The position numbers were made by a program, and so were the translations under genes. A DNA stretch of 64,000 bases from Ramazzottius varieornatus (lineage: Eukaryota > Animalia > Tardigrada): the NCBI GenBank assembly GCA_001949185.1, contig BDGG01000017.1:620001-684000 (forward strand), written 5' to 3'. Within the stretch, counting starts at the first letter, position 1; every line of letters starts with the position of its first letter. Below the pieces are notes generated by a model that was not told where the DNA came from, did no database searches, and saw only the letters and a program-made list of their open reading frames with translations. Positions 12,388 through 24,400 of this stretch are shown here, one piece after another.

Positions 12388-13274
12388 CTATTTCCTCTTG
12401 CCTTTCTTTTGTGACGGACCGCTCTTCCGGTCTCCGGCTAAATCTTTCGGAGAGATGAATTGGATGCCCCTGTTGTACTTGCCAACCTGGCCGTCAAGAC
12501 TGCCGGCTATTTCGTTCTTTCCCGCCTTCTTAGACTTTCGCTTGTTCTTCTTGTGGCCTTTGCCTTTGGATGTCAGGTTAGACTTCAAAAGTGCCAACTG
12601 AACAACTTGTCGTTCTTGCGCGGCCTGCTGCTGTTCTTCCTTCTGGGATTGGTACTGCTTCAGGAATGTCTTGAAGTGGCCGGTGTCTTGCTTCGGTCGT
12701 TTGGCGCCCAACTCGATGGCTAATCGCATTCTCGCCTGTCAAAAAGAAACGTCAGTGGGGTATTTCGATCGTAAACTGCGAGCTCGGCAAACAAACTGGA
12801 CAAGATAATTTTCCCAAGTGACGTAGATGCTCAGTGTCATCGGTAGAGAAGGCGCGCCACTTGGAAAGAAGGACAAGCTGGCTTTCCCAACAGGCGCACG
12901 TTTACAGTGCTGTATGCTGAAGGGGTGCGCCACTTCGGAAACAGCTCTTTCAGAGTTTGTTTGCCCAGGCACAACAACCATAGCGACTCACTCGAAAACC
13001 TATACCTTACGCACCGTTTGTCAACTTTTACCTGGGATTTTTCGGAGCCTTTCAGATTGGATATTCCGTAACGCAGCATGTCGTGATAGTCGGTCTGGCG
13101 AAGCTTCACCGACTTGGGTGGTCCCACATCTTTACCGCTTTGTCGTTCCGTCGCTTCGTCCTGCCGACTGAGACGCTTGATCTGCTTTTGGGCTTTTCTC
13201 CGCTGAATCAAGGCGCGAGCTGCTTTGTCCGGATCATGAAACTGAATCACTTCCGGTGCGTTCTTGGGACCCAT
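12388..13274 (-). CDS. C1orf131/DUF4602-like small-subunit processome factor; 2 coding exons seen, start codon uncertain
   Basis: PEVIQFHDP; YGISNLKGSEKSQ|ARMRLAIELGAKRPK; Lys-rich tail with LDGQVGKYNRG; intron ~12737-13030. Confidence 0.65.
12781..12970. mobile_element. Double-hairpin MITE-like element, copy 2, in C1orf131-like intron
   Basis: TIR agctcggcaaacaaact / agtttgtttgcccaggc; internal units ttcccaagtgacg...gcgccacttggaaa and ttcccaacaggcgcac...gtgcgccacttcggaaa. Confidence 0.75.
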
Positions 13275-13794
13275 CTCCCGCGCTCTGCGACTCTCAGCTC
13301 GTGTGGAAACGATGCCCAATCCAATATCCACAGAATGCTCAGGCACTGTGGTTGTTGTCTGGGTTAACTGATAAGGATTCAGGAACAAAAGAACCTACAA
13401 GTACAAAAGGAATAAGCACTCAGGCAGACTCTGAACTTTGGAAAAGCAAAGTCGGAATTCTCAATCTCAAACAATACTCAAATTCCTCGGGAGAGAACAA
13501 TCAACAAGATTGATTGACCTCAAAACATTGCAGAGCAAATGGCAATCTCTTTATTTAACTTCGTCCAGTCATCTTCTTGACTTCTTCCTCTTCCGGCTCT
13601 TCCTAGGTAGTCCAACTTCATCCTCGGACAGTATCGCTCCCACAATAGTACAACTCCTCTCTAGTCTTCTCAGGTTCCCTGAGCTCTAAGGTTACCTCTG
13701 TTGTGCAGGACCATTGATAGCGGCTGTCCGCATCTCGAGGCTCCAGCGCAAGGCATCTTACGGTCAGGAGGCGGATACGTGTAAGGCTAGAGAA

Positions 13795-14798
13795 ATGGAT
13801 CCCTTCAACGATGATCAGAGCATGCTGGAGGAAGAGCAGGATCCCGCGGCAGCGTTCTTAGCTCAAGAGGATAGTCGTCTTGCTGGCATCGACGACGATG
13901 ATTTTGAACGAGTGGGTGTCGTCGAGAATGGATACAGTAAGTGAGACGCTGCATTGATTGTTGATTTTTTTACTGCGTTTCGACCTTTACGTAATTCGCG
14001 TAACCTGCCACTGCCAGATGGCGACGGAAGGTCGCGAGAGAACGGTATGGATGGGCATTTTGCTAACGGGGATGACTTGTCGGATGGAGACCAAGGAGAC
14101 AGTTACAGCTTCAGCGAAGACCGTCGCAGTGACATGAACGAGCAGGTAAGTTGAACCACGTGGCTCTTCCTGTGTTTCGTTTTTATGTGAATGAAATTCC
14201 TATGTGAATGAAATTCCGTACCAGATTCTGTTATTCCTTGCAGCGAAGTGTCTTCGAAGCTCCGAAAATTCGTCCTATGACACCGGAAAAGATTCGCAAG
14301 TGGAGGGAGGATCAAAAGGAGCGGCTGGAAAAGAAGGATGCCGAGGAAGAGAAGAAAAAGGCCGAATTGCGAAGTCAAGCTCAACGCGAACTGCAGGTAT
14401 GAACTACTGTAGTACAATTTCTGGCAGTAATAATTGTGGGTCTGTCCAAGATGGCCAAGATGCCTTTCGGTGCATTAAGTAAGTTCACACTGGTGCTGTG
14501 ATCAGTCAGTTTGGTGTCCGCTTCTTGATGGTGATGAGCGTGATGTTGATGATCGTCGGTCTTGTCTCGTTTGCAGGAGTGGTATCAATCGCAAGAAGAT
14601 GCTACAAAGAAGATGAAGAAGTCGAATCGGGAAGCTGAGAAGGAGTTTGTCAACCAGCGAGACTCGGATAAAGCCGGCGAAGAGTGGGACCGGGTGTCGC
14701 GCCTGTGTGACTTCAACCCCAAGTCGGCCAAGGGGACCAAGGACGTCTCTCGCCTTCGCTCCATCATTCTTCAACTCAAGCAAGAAAAGTCAGCCTGA
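13795..14798 (+). CDS. Clc: Clathrin light chain; 4 exons
   Basis: DPAAAFLAQE, PEKIRKWREDQKERLEKKDAEEE, EWDRVSRLCDFNPK, KDVSRLRSIILQLKQ. Confidence 0.95.
14184..14217. repeat. Perfect 17-bp tandem duplication in Clc intron
   Basis: tatgtgaatgaaattcc x2. Confidence 0.9.
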
Positions 14799-15291
14799 GT
14801 CGATCCTCTTTTTACATATTTAAGGTTGCTGCAGTAATTTCTTCCGCTAATTGTTTTCTTCTAGTGATTGTGACCTCAGTTCGTCTTTTAGCGCGCGACG
14901 TTTTCTGTTTTGGCTCGGTGACACCGTCAGAAGACTCCAGAGGCCGCCTTTTATCCACAAAAGGAGCATCTCTTTCTTTTTTATTTATCTGTCTGTTGTA
15001 CCGCTTTTCCCAGCATGTGTGCTCCTTCTTTCCACATTCCGGCTGTCATTTCCAATATTAAACCATACCTACCGCCGAGTCTGAACCGCAAACCTTATTC
15101 CATTTCCATACGCGAAGGAATTACTTCACATCTTTTACTCAGACCGCGGAGAGTTATAGCGTAGGAACGAAATAGAGAACCAAAAGTCCGCAGCGAAAAA
15201 CTTGTCCCACGTATCCGACAAAACAGCAATTCCATTCAAAACTGACAGGTTGCGTCTTTATTGTAGATGCGTTATAGGCTTTCTTGTCCTT

Positions 15292-17332
15292 CTACAGATC
15301 AGAAAAGAAGTCATTAGAGGCAACTTTCCTCTGCCTGGGCATCTTTATGGAGCGACCAGCACCGCGTTTGCCAGCGTTGTTGACGGGAGATTCCTCGCTG
15401 CTGTCTGACTGTACACCCGCCTCGTCTTCATCATCTTCGCCACCGCGGCTAGCAAACCGAGAGACATCCCACAAACGAAGCGTATCGTCATGACTAGTGC
15501 TGGCTAGCACCTGTCGGTCAACAGACAGCGAAATGCGCTCGAAGGGCATCGAATGATGACCGGCATATGCCACCATCCGGTAGGGCGCCACATGAACCAA
15601 CCTACAGATTGATACAGTGTGGAGTCTGTGGACAACGAGCGCAGATCCGAATAACGGAGCAAGTCGACTCCGAAGCTCGGCAAAAGAACTAGACAGCATC
15701 GCTCTTCCAAACGGTGCACGCTTCCAGCGTTACTGGCTGAAAGCGTGCGCCACTTGGGAAAACAATCTTGTCGACGTGTTTCCTAGGTGGTGCAAGCCTC
15801 CGGCCAATGACATGGAGGACATGCGCCACTTAGGAAATCACTCTTGTCGAGCTTGTTCGCCGAGATTGTAAATAGACTGACCGAAGGTTGCCGTCACTGC
15901 TGGCGGTGAGGACTTCCTCGGAAGAGTAGGTTTCGATGGCGTCGATGGACGTGGTTTCCGAACCGGGATACTGGTCCAGCGAGAAGCCCCACTCGCCCCA
16001 CTTGAAGATCAACAAGCCGCCATCGCCGGTTCCACATATGACCCGCGACTCGTTCTTGATGATAGCAATGGACAAGAGCTCCGAAGTGAAGGCTTCCGAC
16101 TGCAGCTCCAGCTTTGAGCGGCGCAGGTTGAAGGCCGACAGCGTCCCGTCACCACTACGAAATACATAAACTGTAGGTCCCTGGACCAGAAAAGTACCTT
16201 GAAAGAACCATGGCTTTACCTGGTGGCTAACAGAGTCTTTCTCTTTTCATCGCACGCTAAAGCACTGATGTAGTCATTGGTGTCGTGGAATTCTGCTACT
16301 GCATCCTTCTTCCGGAAATCCCACACCTGTTGAACAACGTTATTAATTTTGGTAAGACGTAATTTCAGTCGTGACGTTTTCGATTTTGACGGTTTCCTTA
16401 CCTTTAAGCAGCCGTCATCGTCTCCGGTAACGAGGCCCGACTCTCCAAGCGGAAGTAAACAAAACATTGCAGTCCTGTAAACAGCGTTAAAGATTAACTT
16501 CCGGTCGGTAAAGCTACTGGCCACAACACCCTTCGTACTGATGAGCGTTTTTGCGGGTATGTGCAATCTTTTCTGCGATACAATCAGTAATGCAGATGCG
16601 CCTATCCTTTCCAATACTGATAATACGGTTCACCGACAGAAACCGAAGAGCTCGACAAGGAGATTTGTGCGGTTTTAAGTCGAGTTTTAGTGAGGAGCCG
16701 TCCTCCGACAGTTGCCACCTGTAAAGAAGACAGAAGTAAGAATAAGGTATCGGCGAAAGTGTAGCTCAGTAACTCACAGCTTTATCCGTCCTTCCATGTC
16801 GGAAGTAGCCAGGACATCATTCTCCCGGCCGAATCTCACGTCGGTGGGCATTGCATCGACATCGATGGACAGTTTGAGTATTGCTTCCGACAGGCCTTCT
16901 TTCGGCGGTCCAGCCTCTTTCTCCTTTTCCGTGTCTTCGTCACTATCGTCTTCTTCGTTGTCATCTTTCCCGCTGTCCTCGGCATCGTTCATATCGTCCT
17001 CCTCGCCGTCTGTCTCCTCCTTCGATCGGAAATCATCATAGACCGAACCGTAAGTACCATAATTCTAGGTAAATTGGCAAGACTGACGCTTGACGTTGTC
17101 CACATTTGGGCAAAACAAGCTTGACTGTCCTCGTTGACTATGTATATTTTGGTGACGTCAAACCACCAAACTATTGACGTCATAGTCGACTTACCGACGT
17201 CCAGTCTTCGTCAGCTGCGCCATCCAGGCCGCTGTTGTCTCGCTTCCCGCTACCCTGCGACTCCCTTGGTGAATCATTCTCATTCCTATCAGGATTATCA
17301 CTGGAAGTCACTTCAGGTACGTCGATGGCCAT
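15292..17332 (-). CDS. WDR55: WD repeat-containing protein 55-like; multi-exon
   Basis: Acidic N-terminus; LVTGDDDGCLK|VWDFRK, DYISAL, VICGTGDGGL, LTASSDGNLR, LASTSHDDTLRLWDV and C-terminal DFFSDL. Confidence 0.85.
15674..15866. mobile_element. Double-hairpin MITE-like element, copy 3, in last WDR55 intron
   Basis: TIR agctcggcaaaagaact / agcttgttcgccgagat; two internal hairpins ending gtgcgccacttgggaaa and atgcgccacttaggaaa. Confidence 0.75.
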
Positions 17333-18436
17333 TTTGAGATTCAGAAGAGCAAAAGTTGCAGAAAATTTCAACTTTGGTTGAATTCAGCGATGGACGGATG
17401 ATTTTGTCAGTGAATTATTCAAAACACAGAACGGATTCGCAATCGCAAGTGCAGCCGCAATCAGTTATCGGTCGATTAATATTTTTGACATAAAAAAACC
17501 CGTTCCAAACGTTCTTCGAACATCAGGTCTTCTATCCAGTAGAGGTAAGAGTTGCGCACCGATGACAAAAACTGGCCGTTCTAATAGGTCATGGCATGTC
17601 GTGCGTGACAATTGAGAAAATCATCCGTCCACCGCTGGCTGAATCGGCTCGAGCCCTACGTTACTGTTACAGGCTACGTATTGTAAGCGGTAGCAAGCCG
17701 AAGGCGATGACCGAACAATCAGCTGGCAGAAACAAGCATGCACAAAGTTATGTCCTAATAAATTCCTTAATCGTTTTCTTCTGGATCTCGAGAAAGCTGG
17801 AGTAACATTAATTCTGTGTAAATCTTCTTTGCTCCATGGAAGATGTTGATAGCAAGTGATCGAGAAAGACCATTAAAGACTGCAACCTGGACTGCCGAGG
17901 ATTCAGCGCATTGAGCTGGTATGTGTGAAGCAAAAATGCACATGGTCGCGGCAACCTTTGTCAACACATTTTTATGGTATTTTCTACAGAGTATCAATCT
18001 CCAAAACTTCACCCCTAAACCTGCCCAGTATGTGGGTGCAACTGTGATGCCTGACACAGGCTGACATACATATCTACTGTGGCTACGAGACAAGCGACAC
18101 AAGAAAGTGGTATTGAGCGGTTTTTGGAGCGTCGATTTGGTTTGTGTAGTACTGTACATGCTTCATCAGTGCCTTCTGGCAGAAGCGTGTAACGCTGCGG
18201 GACATGTTCACTTCATGCTTCCACTGGAGAATATGATGCAAAGGCTGTAGGCATTACAAACGAGCTGGTATGCGCATGGACAACTTCCATGACAGTCGTC
18301 GCGACTGCCTAATTGGTTCTTTATTCTTGCAGGTATTGACCATGAAGGATTGCTGATTTGGGGGATTGTGGGTAATTTTGATATTTCGGCCCGTTCTGTT
18401 ATGGACATTTGAAGTGTTTTGGGCCGATAGTGCAAC

Positions 18437-21400
18437 ATGATGGAAGGTGTTTCGCCGACGGGTGAGAGCGGTGACAGTAGCAGCAGCCCGGTGGAGATGA
18501 AGGAGAAGCGCAGCAAGAGTTTGTTCAGTGTGGGCTATCCCGACGACTTGCAGACGGTGCCCGATGAAGACAGCTTCCACGACAATGTCCTGCCCATCCC
18601 CCACAACCTGCTGCGTCGCGTGACGCCCATGGCCAGGAGTGGCTCCTTGGAGGAGGATGTCAGCGGGGCCAAGCGCAGCATGTCGCCTGCCCTGGCCATG
18701 TCGGCCTCTACGGCCAGCATGGCCGAGCAGTTTGACGCTTCGGAGAGCGATCTGTCGGTCAGGCGCAAGAGCTCACGCTTCGGCCGGAGGAACCTCTCTG
18801 GTGCCGTCGTCTCCAGGATGGCTTCTCAGTCCGAGAAGGACTTTACGGTGGCCACACCCGAGGAATTTGTTAGTCGGTAAGCTGCCCATCCCTTCATCCC
18901 TCTACATCACGTAACGAACATGTTGTGGAGCATAGGATGTCGCTATCGTAGATTCGGGGGGACAAACGTAATCAAGAAGGTTCTCATTGCCAACAACGGT
19001 ATTGCTGCCGTCAAGTGTATCCGCTCTATTCGTCGCTGGTCTTATGAAATGTTCAACAACGGTAGGCAACTGTCCATTGATTTAGTATGAAATGTTTTAT
19101 CGTAATGGAAGTCTGCTGTGGTTTGTTAGATCGGGCTATCCGTTTCGTGGTAATGGTCACGCCGGAAGACATGAACGCCAATGCCGAGTACATTAAAATG
19201 GCCGACCAGGTACCATCAATGGCCACTGTTTGTGGGTGGAGAGTAGGGAGATGATGTAATGAAAGATAAGCCTTGCTTTCCCTAGTATGTGCCAGTTCCG
19301 GGGGGAAGCAATTTCTACAACTACGCCAACGTCGACTTGATCGTGGACATTGCGCGTCGCGTGTGTGCTGACGGAGTGTGGGCCGGTTGGGGCCATGCTT
19401 CGGAGAACCCCAAGCTGCCCGAGTCGCTGCGCCGACACAACATTCAGTTTATGGGTCCACCGGAGACGGCCATGTGGTGCTTGGGCGACAAGATTGCCTC
19501 CTCCATCCTGGCCCAGTCTGCCGGTGTCCCTACCCTCCCCTGGAGCGGAATGGATTTGATTATGGCCGGCAATGAGAAGGGTACCGGACCGCTCATCACT
19601 ACCGTCCCCGAAGCTCTGTACAAACAGGCGTGTGTCGACAATGCCGAAGAAGGACTACCTGTGGCCGAGAAGATCGGCTTCCCTGTCATGATCAAAGCCT
19701 CCGAGGGAGGTGGAGGGAAAGGCATAAGGAAGTCCGAGTCGCCCGACGACTTCCCCACACTCTTTCGCCAAGTCCAAGCAGAAATACCCGGTATGCATAA
19801 TTCGGCCTGTCATATGTGCCATGTTATGCTTGTATGTATGTAGGATGATGACGCCAACGCCGCCGGCTCATATTTGTACGCGTATCCCTAGGTTCACCGA
19901 TATTCATCATGAGCTTTGCGCATTCGGCGCGCCATCTGGAGGTACAAGTCCTAGCCGATACCTACGGTAATGCCGTTTCCCTCTTCGGCCGCGACTGTTC
20001 CATCCAGAGGAGGCATCAGAAGATTATCGAAGAAGCCCCGGTGACTATCGCCAGTCGAGCAAAGTTCCAGGAGATGGAACGAGCCGCAGTACGTCTGGCC
20101 AAGATGGTCGGCTATGTCAGCGCCGGAACCGTCGAATACCTCTACATGCCAGAAGGTAGTCACCATTTTATCATACGATAAATAAGTAATAAGTATTTAA
20201 TAACCCATCGTTCCCTTGAAAATTCGGAAAAGAGGCGACGTACCTGAATACGTTTTTCAAGATGATTGAAAGGTGTTTTGGTATGCAGGTGCTTGAAGTG
20301 TTCATGAGTTTTGGCCATTGGGCAATGTCTTTTGCAGAGGACAAGTTTTACTTTCTGGAGTTGAATCCACGTCTGCAAGTGGAGCATCCCTGCACGGAGA
20401 TGGTGGCCGACGTCAACTTGCCTGCTGCGCAGCTGCAAGTGGCCATGGGTATTCCCTTGCACCGCATCAAGGACATCCGCACACTGTACCAAGAAAAGAC
20501 GTGGACCAGCCACGAGATTGACTTTGAGACGCAGTACCACGTTCCCAACCCTAAAGGACACGTCATCGCTTGTCGCATCACCAGCGAGAACCCCGACGAA
20601 GGCTTCAAACCCTCAGCTGGCACCGTTCAAGAACTCAACTTTCGCTCAACGAAGAATGTCTGGGGCTACTTTAGCGTGGCGGCTTCCGGTGGATTACACG
20701 AGTTTGCCGACTCACAGTTCGGCCATTGCTTTGCCTGGGGCGAAGATCGGTAAGGACCTTTCTGACCTCGGAGACCATGCTAGAGACCTCGGAGACCATC
20801 CGATATTGTTACAGGGAGGATGCACGGGAGAACATGGTCGTGGCTTTGAAAGACTTGTCCATCCGTGGGGACTTTCGTACGACGGTGGAATACCTGGTGA
20901 CGCTGCTAGAAACGGAAACCTTCCAGAATAATGATGTCGATACGGCTTGGTTGGACCGCTTAATCTCCGAGAAGGTGCAGGCGGAAAAGCCCGATGCCAT
21001 GCTGGCCGTTGTTTGTGCTTCGCTGCACATTGCCGACACCAACATTACCAACGCTTTCCAAATGTTCCAAGTAGGTGCCGCCTCTTTTGCGGCCCTTACC
21101 TACACTGACAAGGGCAAGTATAGTGGGCATTATTCCTTGTAGAGTTCCCTGGACCGTGGACAAGTCCTGCCAGCCAGTACGTTGATTAGTCAGGTTGATG
21201 TGGAGCTGCTACAGGATGGGCTCAAGTATTGTGTACGTCAGTCACTCCCCGCCTTGTTATTACCATACTCCATCAAGATACAGCTTGAGGCGGCTAAGTG
21301 ACTGCCAGTTGATCAAAGCGCTATGTAAAAATCAGTTTACGTCTTATCGTCCATTTCTTCACACCGCTCAAAGAACTTTTCAAGCTGTCTCCACTGAAAT

Positions 21401-24400
21401 ATGGCAAACTCGCATCGGTTGAGAAATAGTCTGGGAAAGTTGATCGGCATGACTTCCGGTGGGGAAGATACCTTTTCATGACCAAAACCTTGCTTTGAGA
21501 ATTCCGTATTCGGTTATAAAGCCCCAGCTTGATCTCAACGCAAATGAGACTGTCAAGCTTTTAATTTAAAACCAAAAAATATCATAAAATAGCCAAACCA
21601 ACTTAGCAAGGAAATTAAAACTGTTGAATTTGGCCATTTTGCAGGGAAATCCCTCTTTGCGGCAAACTTTTTGCTCTTGCCTCAAACGGTAGATTCATGT
21701 TTTCGACCATTTTCCGTGTGGCCAGGTCCCTGTTCTATTTATTTGGGAAAGATCACTGCGGGCCGTGAACTGTAAACTGAGGAATGCATTTTGGAAATGG
21801 ACTCCGAAAACTAAAAAAGTTGGTTGCAGTTTCCACTGTTCACCATGCTGGTTTCACGCCGATTTCAACTTCGACTGGGCAGATTTCTGACCAGTAATTT
21901 TTTAGTAGGTTGCAAAAAGAGTTCTACACCAAAGAAAATCAGTTTCGAAGTTGGGCAAAAACCCGTTCGAAAATGCGCTAATTTTATAGGTGGTAGTCAC
22001 TTGGCCGCCTCGGGCTGTATATCGATCTACGCCTTGAGCTGTCTGTGTGGCCCTAGGTCCAAGTCAATAAGATGGGCAGCAACTCCTACTTGTTAGTGAT
22101 GAATGGTGCCACCAAAGACGCCGAAGTACATCGACTGAAAGATGGTGTGTGTTCCTTGGCCATGGTCTTTATACTTTGACCATTGACAAGGATGGCTCCA
22201 TGTGTTTGGCAGGTTGCTTGTTGATATCGGTGGACGGCGCCAGTCACAGTACCTACATGAAGGAGGAAGTCGACCGGTACCGGGTCATCATTGGCAACAA
22301 GACCTGCGTCTTTGAGAAGGAAGACGACCCGACGCTGATGCGCGCTCCATCGGCGGGAAAGCTACTCAACTTTGTCGTCGAGGATGGCAGCAAGGTCTTT
22401 CGCAACCATCCCTATGCAGAGATGGAGGTGATGAAGATGGTCATGACCCTGACGGCTTCCGCTAGCGGAACCATCACCTACGTCAAGCGAGCTGGCGCTG
22501 TCCTGGAAAGTGGCAGTGTCATTGCCAAACTCGAGCTGGACGATCCTTCACGGGTACGTACCATACCACCAACCTGCCTACTATCAGGAACACTAATGTC
22601 TTTTGGACGAGGAAACTGGATGGTAGAGCATGAGGCCCATCAAAGACCTAGATAGGCGACTTAGGGGCTTTGTAACGAGTCAGTTGTTTGCAGGTGCAAG
22701 ATGTCCAGCTCTTCACGCAGCCCTTCCCTGCTGTGGGCGAGGCAGCACAGACGCAGCTGGACAAGCTGAACCATGTGGTGCAAAAGTGTCGAGATCGCGT
22801 GGGCCAGATTCTGTCCGGCTATGCCGCCCCCGAACCCCACTTTGGCCGAACGGTGGTGGAGACGGTGGAGAGCCTGATGAGGAACCTTCGTGACCCGCAC
22901 TTGCCGCTGCTGGAGCTGCAGGAAGTCATTAGTACAGTGTCGGGTCGACTTCCTCAGATGGTCGAACGCTCCATCCGCCAGCAGCTGCAGCACTATTCTA
23001 GCAACATCACCTCAGTCCTCTGCCAATTCCCTAGCCAGCCCATAGCCAACATCATCGACTCGTACGCTGCTACACTGCAGAAACGCTCTGACCGCGACGT
23101 CTTCTTCCTCAACACCCAAGGTAAGCATCCAGCAGCTACCTGCATACTGGACTTTTGGGCCACTTACCATGGTGTAAGGCGTATGCTGTGTATTTCAATG
23201 ATGGTGTGTGATGTGCAGCCATTGTCAAGCTGGTTCAACGTTATCGAAACGGAGTTCGTGGACATCTGAAAGCAGTCATCCAGGACATCTTGAAGAAGTA
23301 CCTCAGTGTGGAAGTCATGTTCCAGAGTGGCCACTATGACAAGTGTGTGGCCAAGCTGATGGAGAAGCACAAGACTGACACAGCGGAAGTGGTGCAGGCC
23401 ATCTTCTCCCACAGCCAGGTCGTCAAGAAGAACACGCTGATTATCGCTCTCATTGACCATCTCATTCGTTACGAACCCGGCCTGGCTGACGAGCTCTCGC
23501 CTATCCTCAACGAACTGACTACACTGGGCAAGTCGGAAAACTCCAAAGTGGCCCTCAAAGCACGGTAAGATCTTCTACCATCAAACAATGGTGATATAGT
23601 CTTGAGAGCTTTGGCCTTGTCATTGGCAGGCAAGTGCTGATTTCCGCCCATCAACCCAGCTATGAGCTGCGCCGTAACCAGGTGGAATCCATCTTCCTGT
23701 CAGCCATCGACCAGTATGGACGCAACTTCCACCCCGAGAACTTGCAGAAGCTGATTGACTCGGAGACGTCCATCTTTGATGTCTTGCACGACTTTTTCTT
23801 CCACGTCAACCCCATCGTCCGCATGGCTTCCTACGAAGTGTACATTCGTCGCGCCTACATTGCCTACGGTCGGTATTGGGGACTCCCTGCATACGTCATC
23901 AGGCTCCTGCATACATGTACACGGCCAACTAGCCTTGCCTGACTGTATGCAGGTGCAGTAGGTGATTGCAAGTGACATTTCATGACTTGTGATCTGCCCT
24001 TATAGGTCTGTACTGTCTGCAGCATCGTTCGATTGGTTCGGTGGGTAGCGACAAGTGTGTCCTGCAGTTTCAGTTTGTCTTGCCCAGCTCGCACCCCAAC
24101 CGCGTAGCGGTCGACCTGTTGAGATCGCCAGCCTTGCCAGCGGACAGCGCCAACACGGCACTGTCGCCCCTGGTCGATCCCGATGTCTGCTGCTCGCGTG
24201 TCGGCGTTATGGCGGCCTTCAGTGACTTTGAAGACTTGAAGAAGAACATTGATGAGCTGCTGCAGCTCTACCCCAATTTCCCCCCGGAAGGCCACCATCA
24301 TGACCATTCTAGGCTCTTCCAGACGATCGAGGCACCCAGCTCGCGAAGGTCCAGTCTAGTTGGTCAGTACACCACCTCCGCTGCTTAGACTTGCCATGTG

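Noticed and set aside
12781-15866. CRISPR-like repeat/spacer look of the GTGGCGCAC...GTGCGCCAC units
   Set aside because: The arms are inverted rather than direct repeats, there are at most two units per locus, the 'spacers' are homologous to each other, the context is eukaryotic introns, and there are no cas genes.
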